Below are positions 28,402 to 39,400 of a stretch of DNA of 64,000 nucleotides, one piece after another (the stretch's first letter is position 1; the number at the start of each line of letters is the position of its first letter). The DNA is from a virus (taxonomy: Duplodnaviria; Caudoviricetes). The notes below the pieces were generated by a model. That model was not told where the DNA came from, did no database searches, and saw only the letters and a list, made by a program, of their open reading frames with translations. Where the stretch lies: the IMG/VR virus record IMGVR_UViG_3300045594_000116, positions 1-64,000 of that record; one strand, written 5' to 3'. The translations under genes were made by a program, and so were the position numbers.

Positions 28402-29769
28402 TTAAGAATGCTTAGGGTCTTTATACTGTTCAGGTTGTTCGACCCTCTGTGCAAGCATCTTTCTCTTAGTGATCTCATACTCATTCTTATGACGTAAGTC
28501 AATGTAAAGAACAAGATGAGAAATCTGTGCAGTTAATACGGTCTTGGATTTAAGAGTAAACGTATTCCAATCTACCGTACAATCCTGCATCTTATTATCA
28601 TTATATAACTTCAGCTCTAAGAAAGCTTCAGGAGCCATATACGATTTGATAGAATCTTTGATCATCTGTACAAAGCGACCATCATCAATTCCACTGAGAA
28701 CTTCTTCAAGCTCTATAGTAGAAGGTTGCTTCAGTTTGTAGATCTCATCATCCTCCATCCATTCCCAATCTACGTACTGCATCCATCCCTTATCATTCTG
28801 AGCAGGAATATTGCATAACGTAAATTCATATATATTGAATCCTCCACCATATGTAGCAGATGCTATCTTCTCATGGATATCAGCAGAGAAGTATGCATAA
28901 TACTTTGGAGCTGGGAATCTGACTTCAGTATCAAAAGAAACGATATAGTTGTTATCCAACTGACCATCTCTTTCTCCATCGTCGACTTGGACCTCTCCAA
29001 CCCTAGTATGGATCACTTGGTTAGGCACCTTGAGATAGAACTCAAAATGACCTTTTTGGGCTCTGTATTTGTACATAAATGGGCTGATTGAGTGAGCATT
29101 TATGTAACCTACGAACTCTTCTACATTAGTGATCTTATCTCCAATAACTTCGAAACCAACATCCCTTGCAAGTCTTAACATAACTTGCATAGGAATAAGA
29201 TAGTCGATGTCAATATATTCTGACTTAGTAGCTTTAGAGAAAAATCTCATTTCGCAATGATCAGCAAGATCTAATGCTAATGGCTTACCAGATACCTTAA
29301 TCTTAAAAGTAAACTTAACCAGCATCAGTTTCATAACTAAAGACAGATAAAGCTTCTTAGTAAGATCTTTAAAAAATGCAGAAGCAAATGCGCTTCTGCT
29401 AGTAAACATTCTGGTTCCATATAGATTCAAGTTAGAATCTAATCCATCTCTGTCAAAGCTTCTATCCAGCTCAGGGATGATAGCCAATGCCGGTTTTTGG
29501 ATTCGTACCATTTCATGGATATCATGATCTCTGAAATCCTGAATGATATTGTTTCCACTTACGTTAATAGATTTGAAAAATCCATTAGCAAATCCATTCA
29601 TAAGCCATGCAGTAGCATATTCTACGCACATAGAAAAGCCAATAGAATTCTGTGCTACGCATAAATCCATATGCAATTTCTTGTCAATTGTTTTCAAAGT
29701 CTGAATAGGAATGATGCCTTGCTTTATTTCAAGCTCTTTATTCCTATACATTTCTTCGCGTGTTCCCAT
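28402..29769 (-). CDS. Late protein (455 aa), probable virion structural protein
   Basis: GAGGTG RBS; AACA-N6-TA at 29784-29795; function inferred from context only. Confidence 0.7.
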   Translation of the reverse strand: MGTREEMYRNKELEIKQGIIPIQTLKTIDKKLHMDLCVAQNSIGFSMCVEYATAWLMNGFANGFFKSINVSGNNIIQDFRDHDIHEMVRIQKPALAIIPELDRSFDRDGLDSNLNLYGTRMFTSRSAFASAFFKDLTKKLYLSLVMKLMLVKFTFKIKVSGKPLALDLADHCEMRFFSKATKSEYIDIDYLIPMQVMLRLARDVGFEVIGDKITNVEEFVGYINAHSISPFMYKYRAQKGHFEFYLKVPNQVIHTRVGEVQVDDGERDGQLDNNYIVSFDTEVRFPAPKYYAYFSADIHEKIASATYGGGFNIYEFTLCNIPAQNDKGWMQYVDWEWMEDDEIYKLKQPSTIELEEVLSGIDDGRFVQMIKDSIKSYMAPEAFLELKLYNDNKMQDCTVDWNTFTLKSKTVLTAQISHLVLYIDLRHKNEYEITKRKMLAQRVEQPEQYKDPKHS

Positions 29770-29835
29770 TATATCACCTCATTTATTTAGGTGTTTCTAG
29801 CAAAAAGAAAAGCCCTCCGAAGAGAGCTCATACTA

Positions 29836-30078
29836 TTAACCTGCATACGTCCTAATGGTATAATACTGAATACCATTAGGCAGGATATTTACATTATCCT
29901 GAACCTCTGGAGACTGGAAGTATACATGTGCTACTCTATCTACATGCATCATTCTAGCAGTCGTAGGATCTTCCTGAATCGCTACAACCAATAATTTCTC
30001 AAGATCCCAAGTAGATTCATTAGGCACTGCCATTGTATCGCCTACTGCTGGTATCTTGCTAATGTCTGTTACTCTCAT
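29836..30078 (-). CDS. Hypothetical protein (80 aa)
   Basis: AAGGAGG RBS. Confidence 0.7.
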   Translation of the reverse strand: MRVTDISKIPAVGDTMAVPNESTWDLEKLLVVAIQEDPTTARMMHVDRVAHVYFQSPEVQDNVNILPNGIQYYTIRTYAG

Positions 30079-30522
30079 TTATTTATTATCCTCCTTCGGG
30101 ACTAGGTATATTCCAGAAGTCAATGGCAAAGTATCAAACTTTCCTTTAACTGCTTTATAAACTGATATAGCGATCTGTAATTTCTCAAGATCTCTAATAC
30201 CATCTGGATATTTTATTAGCATCTTTCCATGGTTCATTGGAAAGTTTGGGTAGGTAAATGCTGGTATATTGCTTGTGTGCAGAAGGGTATTAGCCATCCC
30301 AGCATATATAGTATCATAGACACTTATCCCTAAAGAAATCTTAGTGGCCTTAACGAATATCACCATATCTCTATCATATGCTATTCCTTCATCTGCCATT
30401 TCAGTGCACATCAAGCACCTGTTAATATGCTTTTTGGATACAGACGGAAACTGCATAGCGCTAGAGTTTCCATCTTTGTCTGTATGTGTACAACCTCTGT
30501 AGATATCACTAAAGTATTTCAT
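30079..30522 (-). CDS. Hypothetical protein (147 aa)
   Basis: AGGAGG RBS; early-like promoter at 30564-30572. Confidence 0.75.
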   Translation of the reverse strand: MKYFSDIYRGCTHTDKDGNSSAMQFPSVSKKHINRCLMCTEMADEGIAYDRDMVIFVKATKISLGISVYDTIYAGMANTLLHTSNIPAFTYPNFPMNHGKMLIKYPDGIRDLEKLQIAISVYKAVKGKFDTLPLTSGIYLVPKEDNK

Positions 30523-30593
30523 TTTGTTCCTCCTATATAAAATAGATATTTCACTTCCATATCTATAATATATACTTATACTGAATTATCTTA

Positions 30594-30800
30594 TCATAGT
30601 TTGTATATCTCTAGAATCGTATGATTATCGTCATTAAATAAATGGAACTGATTACAAGCAAAATTTATTCTAGTGGAACCAATAAAGTTCTTTATCGTTT
30701 CTACATCTGAGTTCTTTACAATGAATGCAGCTTTTGTAATAGATACATCAAAGAGGAATGATTTAAGTTTATCCATGGTTCTTTTACTTGGTGACTGCAT
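30594..30800 (-). CDS. Hypothetical protein (68 aa)
   Basis: GGGAGG RBS. Confidence 0.65.
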   Translation of the reverse strand: MQSPSKRTMDKLKSFLFDVSITKAAFIVKNSDVETIKNFIGSTRINFACNQFHLFNDDNHTILEIYKL

Positions 30801-30867
30801 ATCTAAATATCCTCCCTTTTATAAAAAATAATCCCGTAGCCATTGTAGCTACGGGACCATCTTAATC

Positions 30868-31047
30868 TTACTTACTTAGTCGTAATGATTTTCGACACTC
30901 TTCTCTTATCTCTTCATCGGTCATTCCAAAGAATTTACCATAAGCGCCGAGTTTGCCATAAGGCGATAAAGCCACTTGCATCTTATGAACTTCATCAAGT
31001 GTCTCATCAAGTGTAATGGCTTCTTCTTTAGGTTTGTTGTTATCCAT
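30868..31047 (-). CDS. Hypothetical protein (59 aa)
   Basis: Start MDNNKP after GGGGTG, just past the RNAP exon 3 stop. Confidence 0.6.
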   Translation of the reverse strand: MDNNKPKEEAITLDETLDEVHKMQVALSPYGKLGAYGKFFGMTDEEIREECRKSLRLSK

Positions 31048-31051
31048 ATTA

Positions 31052-33433
31052 TCACCCCGCATATTTAGCTTTAACAGCTTTGATACGATCAATCTGCTGA
31101 GCAGAATACTTATCTCTGCTAAGGCCTACGAGACCATTGATATTGATGAGCACATCCTTAAAGATGTTGAAATCATTATTGAATCTACCATCATTATTGC
31201 TAATGATCATACAGTTACGAGGGCACAGAGATTTGAACACTGCATCCTCAAATGCTTTGTTTGTAATAAGCAATGCATTAAGACAATCGCCGTCGAACAC
31301 TATATTCAGATAGGTCGCTACTCTATCCAGTTCTCTTATGAACTTCCCTATCATTACAATAGGATATTAGACTATATCAATTCCACTCATATATTACTGA
31401 ATGGACCCCTCACACTTCGGGATAGCTTTATCCCTAACCATGTAATTTCACCATGGATAGTCGTTGAACTTCGCCATATGACTTGCATATAGCAGTAGCT
31501 GCTGATCTCTCATTCTTTTGTCCCTTAGCACCTTCTTATCGAAGGCTTTTATTTCAGCATAGGATATCTAAAGATTTGTTTCCGACTTTCGTCAGCATTC
31601 ATATAAGGTTTCCCTTATACAGTAGCATCTTTAGCTTTAGAGATTCCCAGCAATTCAAGAGGGTTACACGCACATGTTACCATATACGCGGACTTACATT
31701 TAATCTGCGGCGAGTGTACTTAAAACTGTCAAAGGCATACTCATTGTATAAGAATCTACGTTAACTCCTACACAACGCATAGCCAATACGGAACCATAGT
31801 TGATAGTTGGCTCTTTCTTCAGATAGATCGTTAGTCTACCCAGTTCTCTTACGAACTTCCTCAGGTGTTACCTGAGAGGAGAGATCATATCTCAAACCTA
31901 GTTTCCTAGGCCCACCCCCACTTTGAATTCACTTGAATTCTACCAGAGAAATTACTGCTCTGATGATCGTTGAACTTACCAGCTACTGTTACATAGTTGA
32001 TTTTAGTTGCTGATTGCACATTGTTCATACCACTTAGCACCATACAATTGTATGGCTTTTATTTCAGCATATGGCATCTATAGAGTTTCTTTCTAACTTT
32101 CGTCGGCTATCACGCCTAGACTTTTTATCATCTTACGTTGTAGCATCTATAGCTTTAGCACTTCCCAGCAAATTTCAAGGGTGTATGCAGCACTCTGTTA
32201 CCAGAATACTGAACTCGGACCTTTCGGTCAATTTCTATTTATCAACATTGGTAAACCATCATCATGATCAATCAGGTTCTGAATGATCGCCAATACCCGA
32301 TTATCTACAACCAATTGACTTCTGAACCATTGCATATATGCATCGGCATAAGCAATATTATATGTGCTACTAAGAACACGAATAATTGTCTGCTGCAGCA
32401 ATTCTACCAAAGAGAAATACGACAGCTTAACCTGATCTGAACGCAATGTCGGATCAGGAACGATAATAAGTCTGGAAGTGAATGCACATCTACCGCCAAT
32501 GAGTAGACGAATACTTCCTTTCTTATTTGCAAGAATCAATTCAATCTCACGATACAATTTGTTGTATCTCTCTTGGATATCCCAAAGTAGAGAGTTACAA
32601 TACTTTGGTGTCTGAGCCATAGAGGTTGAATCGTCATTGAGTCGTCCAGCAAGCTTTGCCATCATATTGAAAAGAGAATTAGTTTTCTCAAATATGAATC
32701 TCTTGCCATCTGTTTTGAATGCTCTAAGAAGAGTCGTATACACCGGGATATTATGGATGAAGATCAATTCTCTATTAGCAATGATATCATCATAATATTC
32801 TTGTTTCTTCTTCTTATTCTTGTTATGAAAATACTCAAGAATCTCATCGAACTTCTCTTCGAACTCGATCATTCCGATTCCTTGGTAAGTTGGGTCTACC
32901 TTTCTCTTGCGACGAGAATACTTACGCTTAGTCTTAGACTTCTGAAGTCTTTTGTCATATTGGTTTGCTGGCATGCCATCTTTATTAAGATCTACGTTCG
33001 GCTCGATGATCTCTTCTAAAGTTGCCTCGCCAAAATATGTTGCCACTGTCTTATACAGATTTGGATGGATAATAGCATGATGCTTCAGCGGAATCCAGCC
33101 AAAGATTTGAAAGTCATCACCAACGAATGTACACTCCGTATGGCAATGCTCACAATAGATATACCTGTTGTCTCTGCCTTTGAGAAATCCGCATTTACAG
33201 CTATACTTCTCTTCATATGCTTTCGGATCTTGCAAGGTGTGGCTAAAGCGAGTCGAACAAATACTATCAACGTCTTTGATAACTTTGTTGATTGCTTGTG
33301 GTTCTTTGATAAAGAACCCTTTGCCTGTCGCCATATCATGCTCCATCTCTTTATCGAGATTGATACGGGTCAAGCGTGCTTCGTAATCGTATTTAGAATT
33401 TCTTGGATATTCTAAATTTAGATTCAGTTCCAT
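31052..33433 (-). CDS. rpoC: Phage multisubunit RNA polymerase beta' N-terminal polypeptide, spliced: exons 33433-32231, 31810-31703, 31297-31052 (518 aa)
   Basis: Zn finger CKCG..CEHC, GWIPL, KKGSIR..GGRCAFTSR.IIVPD; joining exons restores INRN|PTI and TLAAD|FDGD. Confidence 0.92.
31298..31702 (-). mobile_element. Group I intron 2 (405 nt, no ORF), splits the AD|FDGD catalytic motif
   Basis: Upstream exon ends in U (GAU), intron ends in G; GUUCAACGACUA and GAUAUAGUC P7 elements (31458-31462 and 31370-31374). Confidence 0.9.
31811..32230 (-). mobile_element. Group I intron 1 (420 nt, no ORF), splits NRN|PT
   Basis: Upstream exon ends in U (AAU), intron ends in G; P7 GAUCA/UGAUC (31964-31968 and 31883-31887); similar to intron 2. 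Confidence 0.9.
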
Positions 33434-33624
33434 TCACGTTCCTCCTCAGTATTCCTACCACTTTATTATGGGTTAATTAAGAAGTTGACATCTATATCAA
33501 ATTCTATATCTCCTTTCTTCATATCTATAATATATAGCTAAAAAATAAATAAGAGATACATAAGAGTAAAAAAGAAAGCGTTACTTCGGATACTTTCTTT
33601 TCTATAATCTTTTAGCGCACTGGC

Positions 33625-33789
33625 TTAAAGACTACACTTTTTATCGAGAGCTATCATAGACTGCTCAAGCAATTCAAGGAAACCTTGTTCGGCGTCCTTC
33701 TTACTGCTAAAGGTCTTAGATGACTCTTTGCGTTGTTCTGCTGTATACTCTACAGCATCGGAAATACTTCCGATTTGACTGAATCTCAT
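33625..33789 (-). CDS. Hypothetical protein (54 aa)
   Basis: Start MRFSQ after GAAAGGAG. Confidence 0.55.
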   Translation of the reverse strand: MRFSQIGSISDAVEYTAEQRKESSKTFSSKKDAEQGFLELLEQSMIALDKKCSL

Positions 33790-33918
33790 TTTAGTCATCT
33801 CCTTTCTTAGAAAGGACAAGACCCTCTGCCATTGTGCGGCAGAGGGATATCTTGTGCATTTTCTTTATTCAAGGATATTATATATAACTAAAATATTAGA
33901 CTCCATCAAAAAATAAAA

Positions 33919-33943
33919 CCCACTACTCGCAATGAGTAGTGGG
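33919..33943. terminator. Terminator hairpin
   Basis: cccactactc-GCAAT-gagtagtggg with a T run on the minus strand. Confidence 0.7.
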
Positions 33944-33949
33944 ATAATC

Positions 33950-34162
33950 TTACAGCTCGTCTACTTCAGCTTCTACCTTAGTATCAGTCGGCATGTTGAG
34001 TTTCAAGTCAACTTTGCGCGGCCCATAAGATACATAGTTCGTATCAGGCAATTTGTTTCCATCTACAAATACAGCCGTAATACGTACTCCTTCTTTGTCC
34101 ATCTCTTCCGGGACTACATAAATCCCACCAGCATCCAAATTCTTTACAAGCGCTACTCTCAT
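33950..34162 (-). CDS. Small late protein (70 aa) resembling one repeat of the 1364-aa protein
   Basis: AAGGAGG RBS; TACA-N6-TA at 34186-34197; VFVDGNKL motif. Confidence 0.7.
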   Translation of the reverse strand: MRVALVKNLDAGGIYVVPEEMDKEGVRITAVFVDGNKLPDTNYVSYGPRKVDLKLNMPTDTKVEAEVDEL

Positions 34163-34263
34163 ATCTAATCTACCTCCTTACATATTACTTAAATGTACTA
34201 AATACCATTAAAAACAGACTATTAAAGAAATCTAGATTATAAATTAGAGATGGAGGTAATAAA

Positions 34264-35490
34264 ATGGCTGTAAAGCGTGTAAGCAAAGTCATTACCAATC
34301 CAGAAGATATAAAGTATCTTGTTGGTTTAACGCAGCATGATGTAGAAAAGTTATCCTTTATCATGGATAACTTCGGTGTTTTCAAAGGAAAGAAAAGATT
34401 CAATCCGTATGATGTAGTAACAATCCCAGCAGGTTCTTATGGTCCTGAAGGCAAGAAGAATAAAAATTCTTTCACCACTACAGTCGGAAGATATGTGTTC
34501 AACAAGATGTTTATTGAACAGGACTTATTCGATTTGTTTAAGTACATCAATGAGCCAGTAACAGATGACTTAGTAAGTGATATCAGTGATAGAATTTCTT
34601 TTGCTCTATTAGAAAATCAGGTAGAGCTGCCAGTTCTTAAACGTTTCCTTATGCGTTGTCAGAAATGCCAACCATATTCCAATGTACTTGCTCCATCCTT
34701 TACTCTCAAAATGCTCACCATGAGTAAAGAACTCGATAAGTTTAAGAAGCAATTATTGACCAAGCATGCTAAAGCTATTGAAGCTGGTGATGAAAAGGTA
34801 ACTGCTGATATCGAGAAGGCTCTATTGGATAAAGCTAAAGAGATTCTTAAAGATGATCCATCTATGGATATCTATGGATCTGGAGCTAAAGGCTCATTCA
34901 AAAACAACTTCAAGAATCTGTTCGTCATGCGTGGAGCTGTAAAAGATCCAGAAGTCGGTAAGGGATATGACATCATTACATCTAACTATATCGATGGAAT
35001 TAGCAAAGATGACTATGTAAAAGCAGCTAAGAGCTTAGCAGCTGGACCTTATAGCCGTGCGGTTGCTACACGAGTTGGTGGTTATTGGGAGAAGTTATTT
35101 TTGCGTGCATTCCAGCATATGAAGTTAGGTCCTGCTGGTAGTGACTGTGGAACTAAGAAGACAATTGAGATTACACTCACACCTAAGAATATAGATATGT
35201 GGATGTATAACTACATCGTAGAAGGAAGCAAGCTTGTAGAGCTGACTTATGAGATGCGTAGCAAATATATCGGAAAGACTGTAAGGATGCGGTATAGCTC
35301 TAGATGCGAGAGTGAACAGATTTGCAACAAGTGTGCTGGAAATATGTTCTATAGGCTTGGTCTTACAAATGTAGGTACTGCTACTCCTCAGATTGCTTCT
35401 AGACTTAAGGTTATCTCTCTTAAGGCATTCCATGATTCTCAGGTTAGACTTTATGACATTGATGTAGCTGATGCATTCAGTGATGATTAA
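34264..35490 (+). CDS. rpoC: Phage RNA polymerase beta' C-terminal/middle polypeptide
   Basis: SGAKGS, SNYIDG, bridge-helix-like YSRAVATRVGGYWEK, DCGT, RYSSRC....ICNKCAG; AACA-N6-TA at 34213-34224. Confidence 0.88.
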   Translation: MAVKRVSKVITNPEDIKYLVGLTQHDVEKLSFIMDNFGVFKGKKRFNPYDVVTIPAGSYGPEGKKNKNSFTTTVGRYVFNKMFIEQDLFDLFKYINEPVTDDLVSDISDRISFALLENQVELPVLKRFLMRCQKCQPYSNVLAPSFTLKMLTMSKELDKFKKQLLTKHAKAIEAGDEKVTADIEKALLDKAKEILKDDPSMDIYGSGAKGSFKNNFKNLFVMRGAVKDPEVGKGYDIITSNYIDGISKDDYVKAAKSLAAGPYSRAVATRVGGYWEKLFLRAFQHMKLGPAGSDCGTKKTIEITLTPKNIDMWMYNYIVEGSKLVELTYEMRSKYIGKTVRMRYSSRCESEQICNKCAGNMFYRLGLTNVGTATPQIASRLKVISLKAFHDSQVRLYDIDVADAFSDD

Positions 35491-35503
35491 AAGACAAAAT
35501 ATT

Positions 35504-35526
35504 CCCCATAGCATTACGCTATGGGG
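35504..35526. terminator. Bidirectional terminator
   Basis: ccccatagc-attac-gctatgggg between convergent genes. Confidence 0.75.
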
Positions 35527-35539
35527 ATATTATTTTGAT

Positions 35540-36373
35540 TTAGAAGTAAACCGAGTAATCGATATGAATTCCTTTACGAAGGTCAATAAGAGTTTCGTTA
35601 GGGAAGTTGAGTCTCGTCATTGGACGAATATCCTGATAGACTGGATATCCAGAGATGGTCTTTTTCCATCCAAGACATAACGAGATAGAGTTGATTCGTG
35701 CATCATTGATACCAGTTGTAGCAATGAAGTAATCACGAATGTCTGAGGTCGTAATAGACATCTGCATGTTTACTACTGTATATGCTGGGAGCAATGATGT
35801 ACTCTTATAAATGGTTCCATCAATAGGAGTGCCATCTTCAAGATACTGGTTTAACACAGGTGCTGCATCAAACGTCTTGAAGTAGTATGCAAAGAAAGTA
35901 TTTCCAATGGTCTTTCTTCCCATATATGTAGAGTTACGCTCTGAATCGCTCAGATCTTTAGTCTGAGGTCTATATTGAAAAGGAACTATATGATCTTCAT
36001 CGATCCAGTGTTTATAGTCCTCCTCAACAACAGCAGAGTTCTCACGCCCACAACCATCTACACCTACGCAGAACAAGCATGTTTTATAAGTATCTCCAGG
36101 AACCGTCGTATTGATAGTATTATCAAGAGATAATGCATTGTTATATGATGGGGTTACTTCTGTTCCAGGAAGGTCAAACATCGATCTAGCTAAAAAGCCG
36201 GCTCCGGCTAATGTGATTTTATTGTGTATTCCTTCAAAGATAACCTCTCCAAGGTCATTAGTTATATTGACAATTCCGCCTTTTGGTAGGGCATCTTTAT
36301 CAAGACTAATTATTGAGCTTTTTTCATTGAGGCTAAGATTATCTTTCAAAGGAAGCAACTTATAACTGTTCAT
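35540..36373 (-). CDS. Baseplate/tail-type protein (277 aa)
   Basis: HNKITLAGAGFLA...FCVG.DG pattern typical of tail-fibre attachment/baseplate proteins; AACA-N6-TA at 36399-36410. Confidence 0.65.
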   Translation of the reverse strand: MNSYKLLPLKDNLSLNEKSSIISLDKDALPKGGIVNITNDLGEVIFEGIHNKITLAGAGFLARSMFDLPGTEVTPSYNNALSLDNTINTTVPGDTYKTCLFCVGVDGCGRENSAVVEEDYKHWIDEDHIVPFQYRPQTKDLSDSERNSTYMGRKTIGNTFFAYYFKTFDAAPVLNQYLEDGTPIDGTIYKSTSLLPAYTVVNMQMSITTSDIRDYFIATTGINDARINSISLCLGWKKTISGYPVYQDIRPMTRLNFPNETLIDLRKGIHIDYSVYF

Positions 36374-36424
36374 TAGTTACTCTCCTCTCTGTTCAAATTA
36401 TTACTATGTTTTCACAATGCCTTA

Positions 36425-39400
36425 TTACGTAAAGGTATACCTAAATGAAGCATTGTCATTGAATCCTACTTTATCATCCTTATGAAGAGTAACCAATGAC
36501 TTTGTAACTTCCCTAGATTTCATATAGTCGAGTTTGCTTAAAGAAACAATTGTATCTTTAGTATCGTTAAACCTGATTGTAGATGTATCTGGATCGTTAC
36601 CTATCGTAAAGTCTACGTTCATCTCATGAAGAATAACCTTATATGACTTAAAGAAATTAATCATAGTGAACAGATACTGGAGGAGATATTCGGCTGACAC
36701 GCCAGGGAACTGATTGTAGATATACTTGAACTCTTTAGAATCCAGATACTGCTCAAGGATATATACGATATCTGAAATAATCGTAACTATCTGGTTCTCT
36801 CTAGATTCTTTATCGTCAATCGATGTAATTGAAATGATAGAAGTATACAGTACATTGTCTTCTTCTTTCAAGAATTCAGTATAGGTAGGGGCTATTGTAC
36901 CATCTGCAAGTTTAAAGAACTCGAGATTATACTTCCATACCATTAGACTATCATACATCTTTTTCCATATGGAATAGATATCATAGTTTGGAGCTTCTCT
37001 CATTCCATGAACAATCGTCTTCCAAACGCTCTTGTTAGTCTTATAGATCTTGACAAACTCTTTCATATCTGGAATCTGTGTTTCTTCTTCCATAAACCCA
37101 AATACATCATAATCTGTCCAGAGCCTTCTATTATCCAAAATATACTGCTTTAGAGCCCCTAAGTCAGATCTAAAGTTAAATCCTTTTACCCACATTGCCT
37201 GAGTAGGAGAATCCATAATTTTATCGGTTATCCCGCTAAAGTTATGAGCCAGAGCCGTCATATACACGAACAGATCAGCTAACTTAAATTTCTTATTAGG
37301 AGAGATGGTGGGGATTTCAAACGTCAACAAGTTCTCTTTGAATACGTCGTCATAGAGCATATTATAGAAATAAGGAATCTGAAAAGCCATCTCAGTAAGA
37401 TCAACCACATAATCTATTGTCATATATTTGGTTCTTGCATAGTTAAATGGTCTCTTAAGTATCTGAGCTTTCAAAGCCTCATGAACATTATCGACATTGT
37501 CATCTCCATCCCAGAATTTATCAGATAGAGTAACGCTATCATATGTACGTACTCCCTTCTGATTCTTTAAGTATTCTAATGGATGCTTACTATCCAAAGG
37601 AATTCTTACGAACTTAAGATCAGCATCTTTACTGAAATCTTCAGTAGATTCAGTATTGATGTATGGTGCATAGTTCTTGTAGATAAAGGTAAACGTCATA
37701 GATGAATATTGCTTTACATCTGTAGGCTTGATAAAAAGCATGGTATTGTTCAGATATTCAAACTTACTTTCATCTATAAGCTGTTTGTTCGAATCGGCGA
37801 ATAACGGCCAATCATTCTCAATGTAATCATCGAAAGGAACCGGAACCTCTATATCAAGATCTGGATTTGGGAGGTTGAAGTTCAATGGAACCGTAAGTTC
37901 TTTTACCGTGAGCAATTTAGTCTGATCGATGAGATACTTATTATTGAATACGAATAATGCAACCAGTACATCACCTTTCTTAACTGTCATTCCTTCAACA
38001 GTTACATTGTACTGATTGATAGTAATTCTATCATATGGTACTAATCTAGATTTATGGAAGAGAAGGAATCCCTGTCCTGTTTCCAGATATGGATAGAATG
38101 GGAAATTCAGATAGAATACTGATTGCCCATCGGATTCAGCAGTCATATACTGCTCTTTTATCTTTACGCTATTCTCAGATTCTGCATTATACATAAACGT
38201 CAGATTTACTCTCTGTCCTTTAAAAGGAAGAATATCTTTGTTCGTTATTGTTACCTTAGACTTATCAGAAGAAAGATAATAGTCTTTTCCTTCTTCCATG
38301 ATGTATCCATTTGAATCTATAAACAGCTGATTTCCTTTAAGGAAATAATTCTCAGTCGGATAAGATATATCGTACGTATCTTGATACTTAGATTGAGCTA
38401 CGCGATAGTCATGTCCAACTACGATATTTTCTTCTGTAGGTCCATAAATATAATGAATCTTCATTACTTCTCCAGGATGTAATCCGATAGCTATATCTCT
38501 GAACTGCAGCTTATTTGTATAAACGTCATAGTATTCATCTGATAAGAACCATCCTCTAAGCTCTACATATACTCTATATCCAAACTTAAGATACTGAGCT
38601 ATTGGAAACTGCAGATCAAATTCGCATTGAAAATAATCTGTAGCCACTATAGTTTGAACCGAATGCATAATATTTACAGGTGTGTAAATAGAGTGCTTAG
38701 AATACAAGAAGTTGAATGTAACAGCTCTTCCAGCAAGCATCTTTATATCAGAGAGGTCAATTGTCCCATCAAGATTTATCGTATATCTTCTAGGGTCAAT
38801 CATGGTATTACCAATAGTAATAAAGAACTGATTACCATTGATAGTATAATTCTTAAATGGTTCAGGTATTGCAAATTTAGTTTGACCACGTACATAGGCG
38901 ACAGAATTTACTTTCTTAAAGTAAGTAACAAACTTGTTGCCATATATGTAAATCAACGTTATCGGTCGACCTTTAAGAACATAGTTGTCAATGACATCAA
39001 TAGTCTTATCATTGATTGTATAGAAGTTAGGATTGAGCGGATGCCCATCCAATACCACTATCACTTGATTTCCATCGATAAAATAGCTTGAATATGGAGC
39101 ATGGAATTCAAGAGAGTTGCTGGTAGCAACTATATCTTCATATACCATATTCACTCCATTATCTTTATCTGGAATGAAGTCTGTAGTCATTGTAGTTTTA
39201 TCATAATAGAATTCATATTCTATTTCAGAATGACCAGCATTAGAGTTATTTAAGAACCTAATCTTGTCATAGTTGTAGATCTCATAGTCTATATTCTCTA
39301 CCAATTTATGTCCATCTAAGAAAATGAATAAGACATTGCCTTTCTGTAAAAACCATGAGAAAGGAAATGGAACCGTATCATTCGTAATAGTGGCTTTAGT

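Noticed and set aside
31052-33433. RNAP pseudogene or stop-codon recoding
   Set aside because: The breaks are explained exactly by two group I introns with U/G splice boundaries; other genes read normally in the standard code
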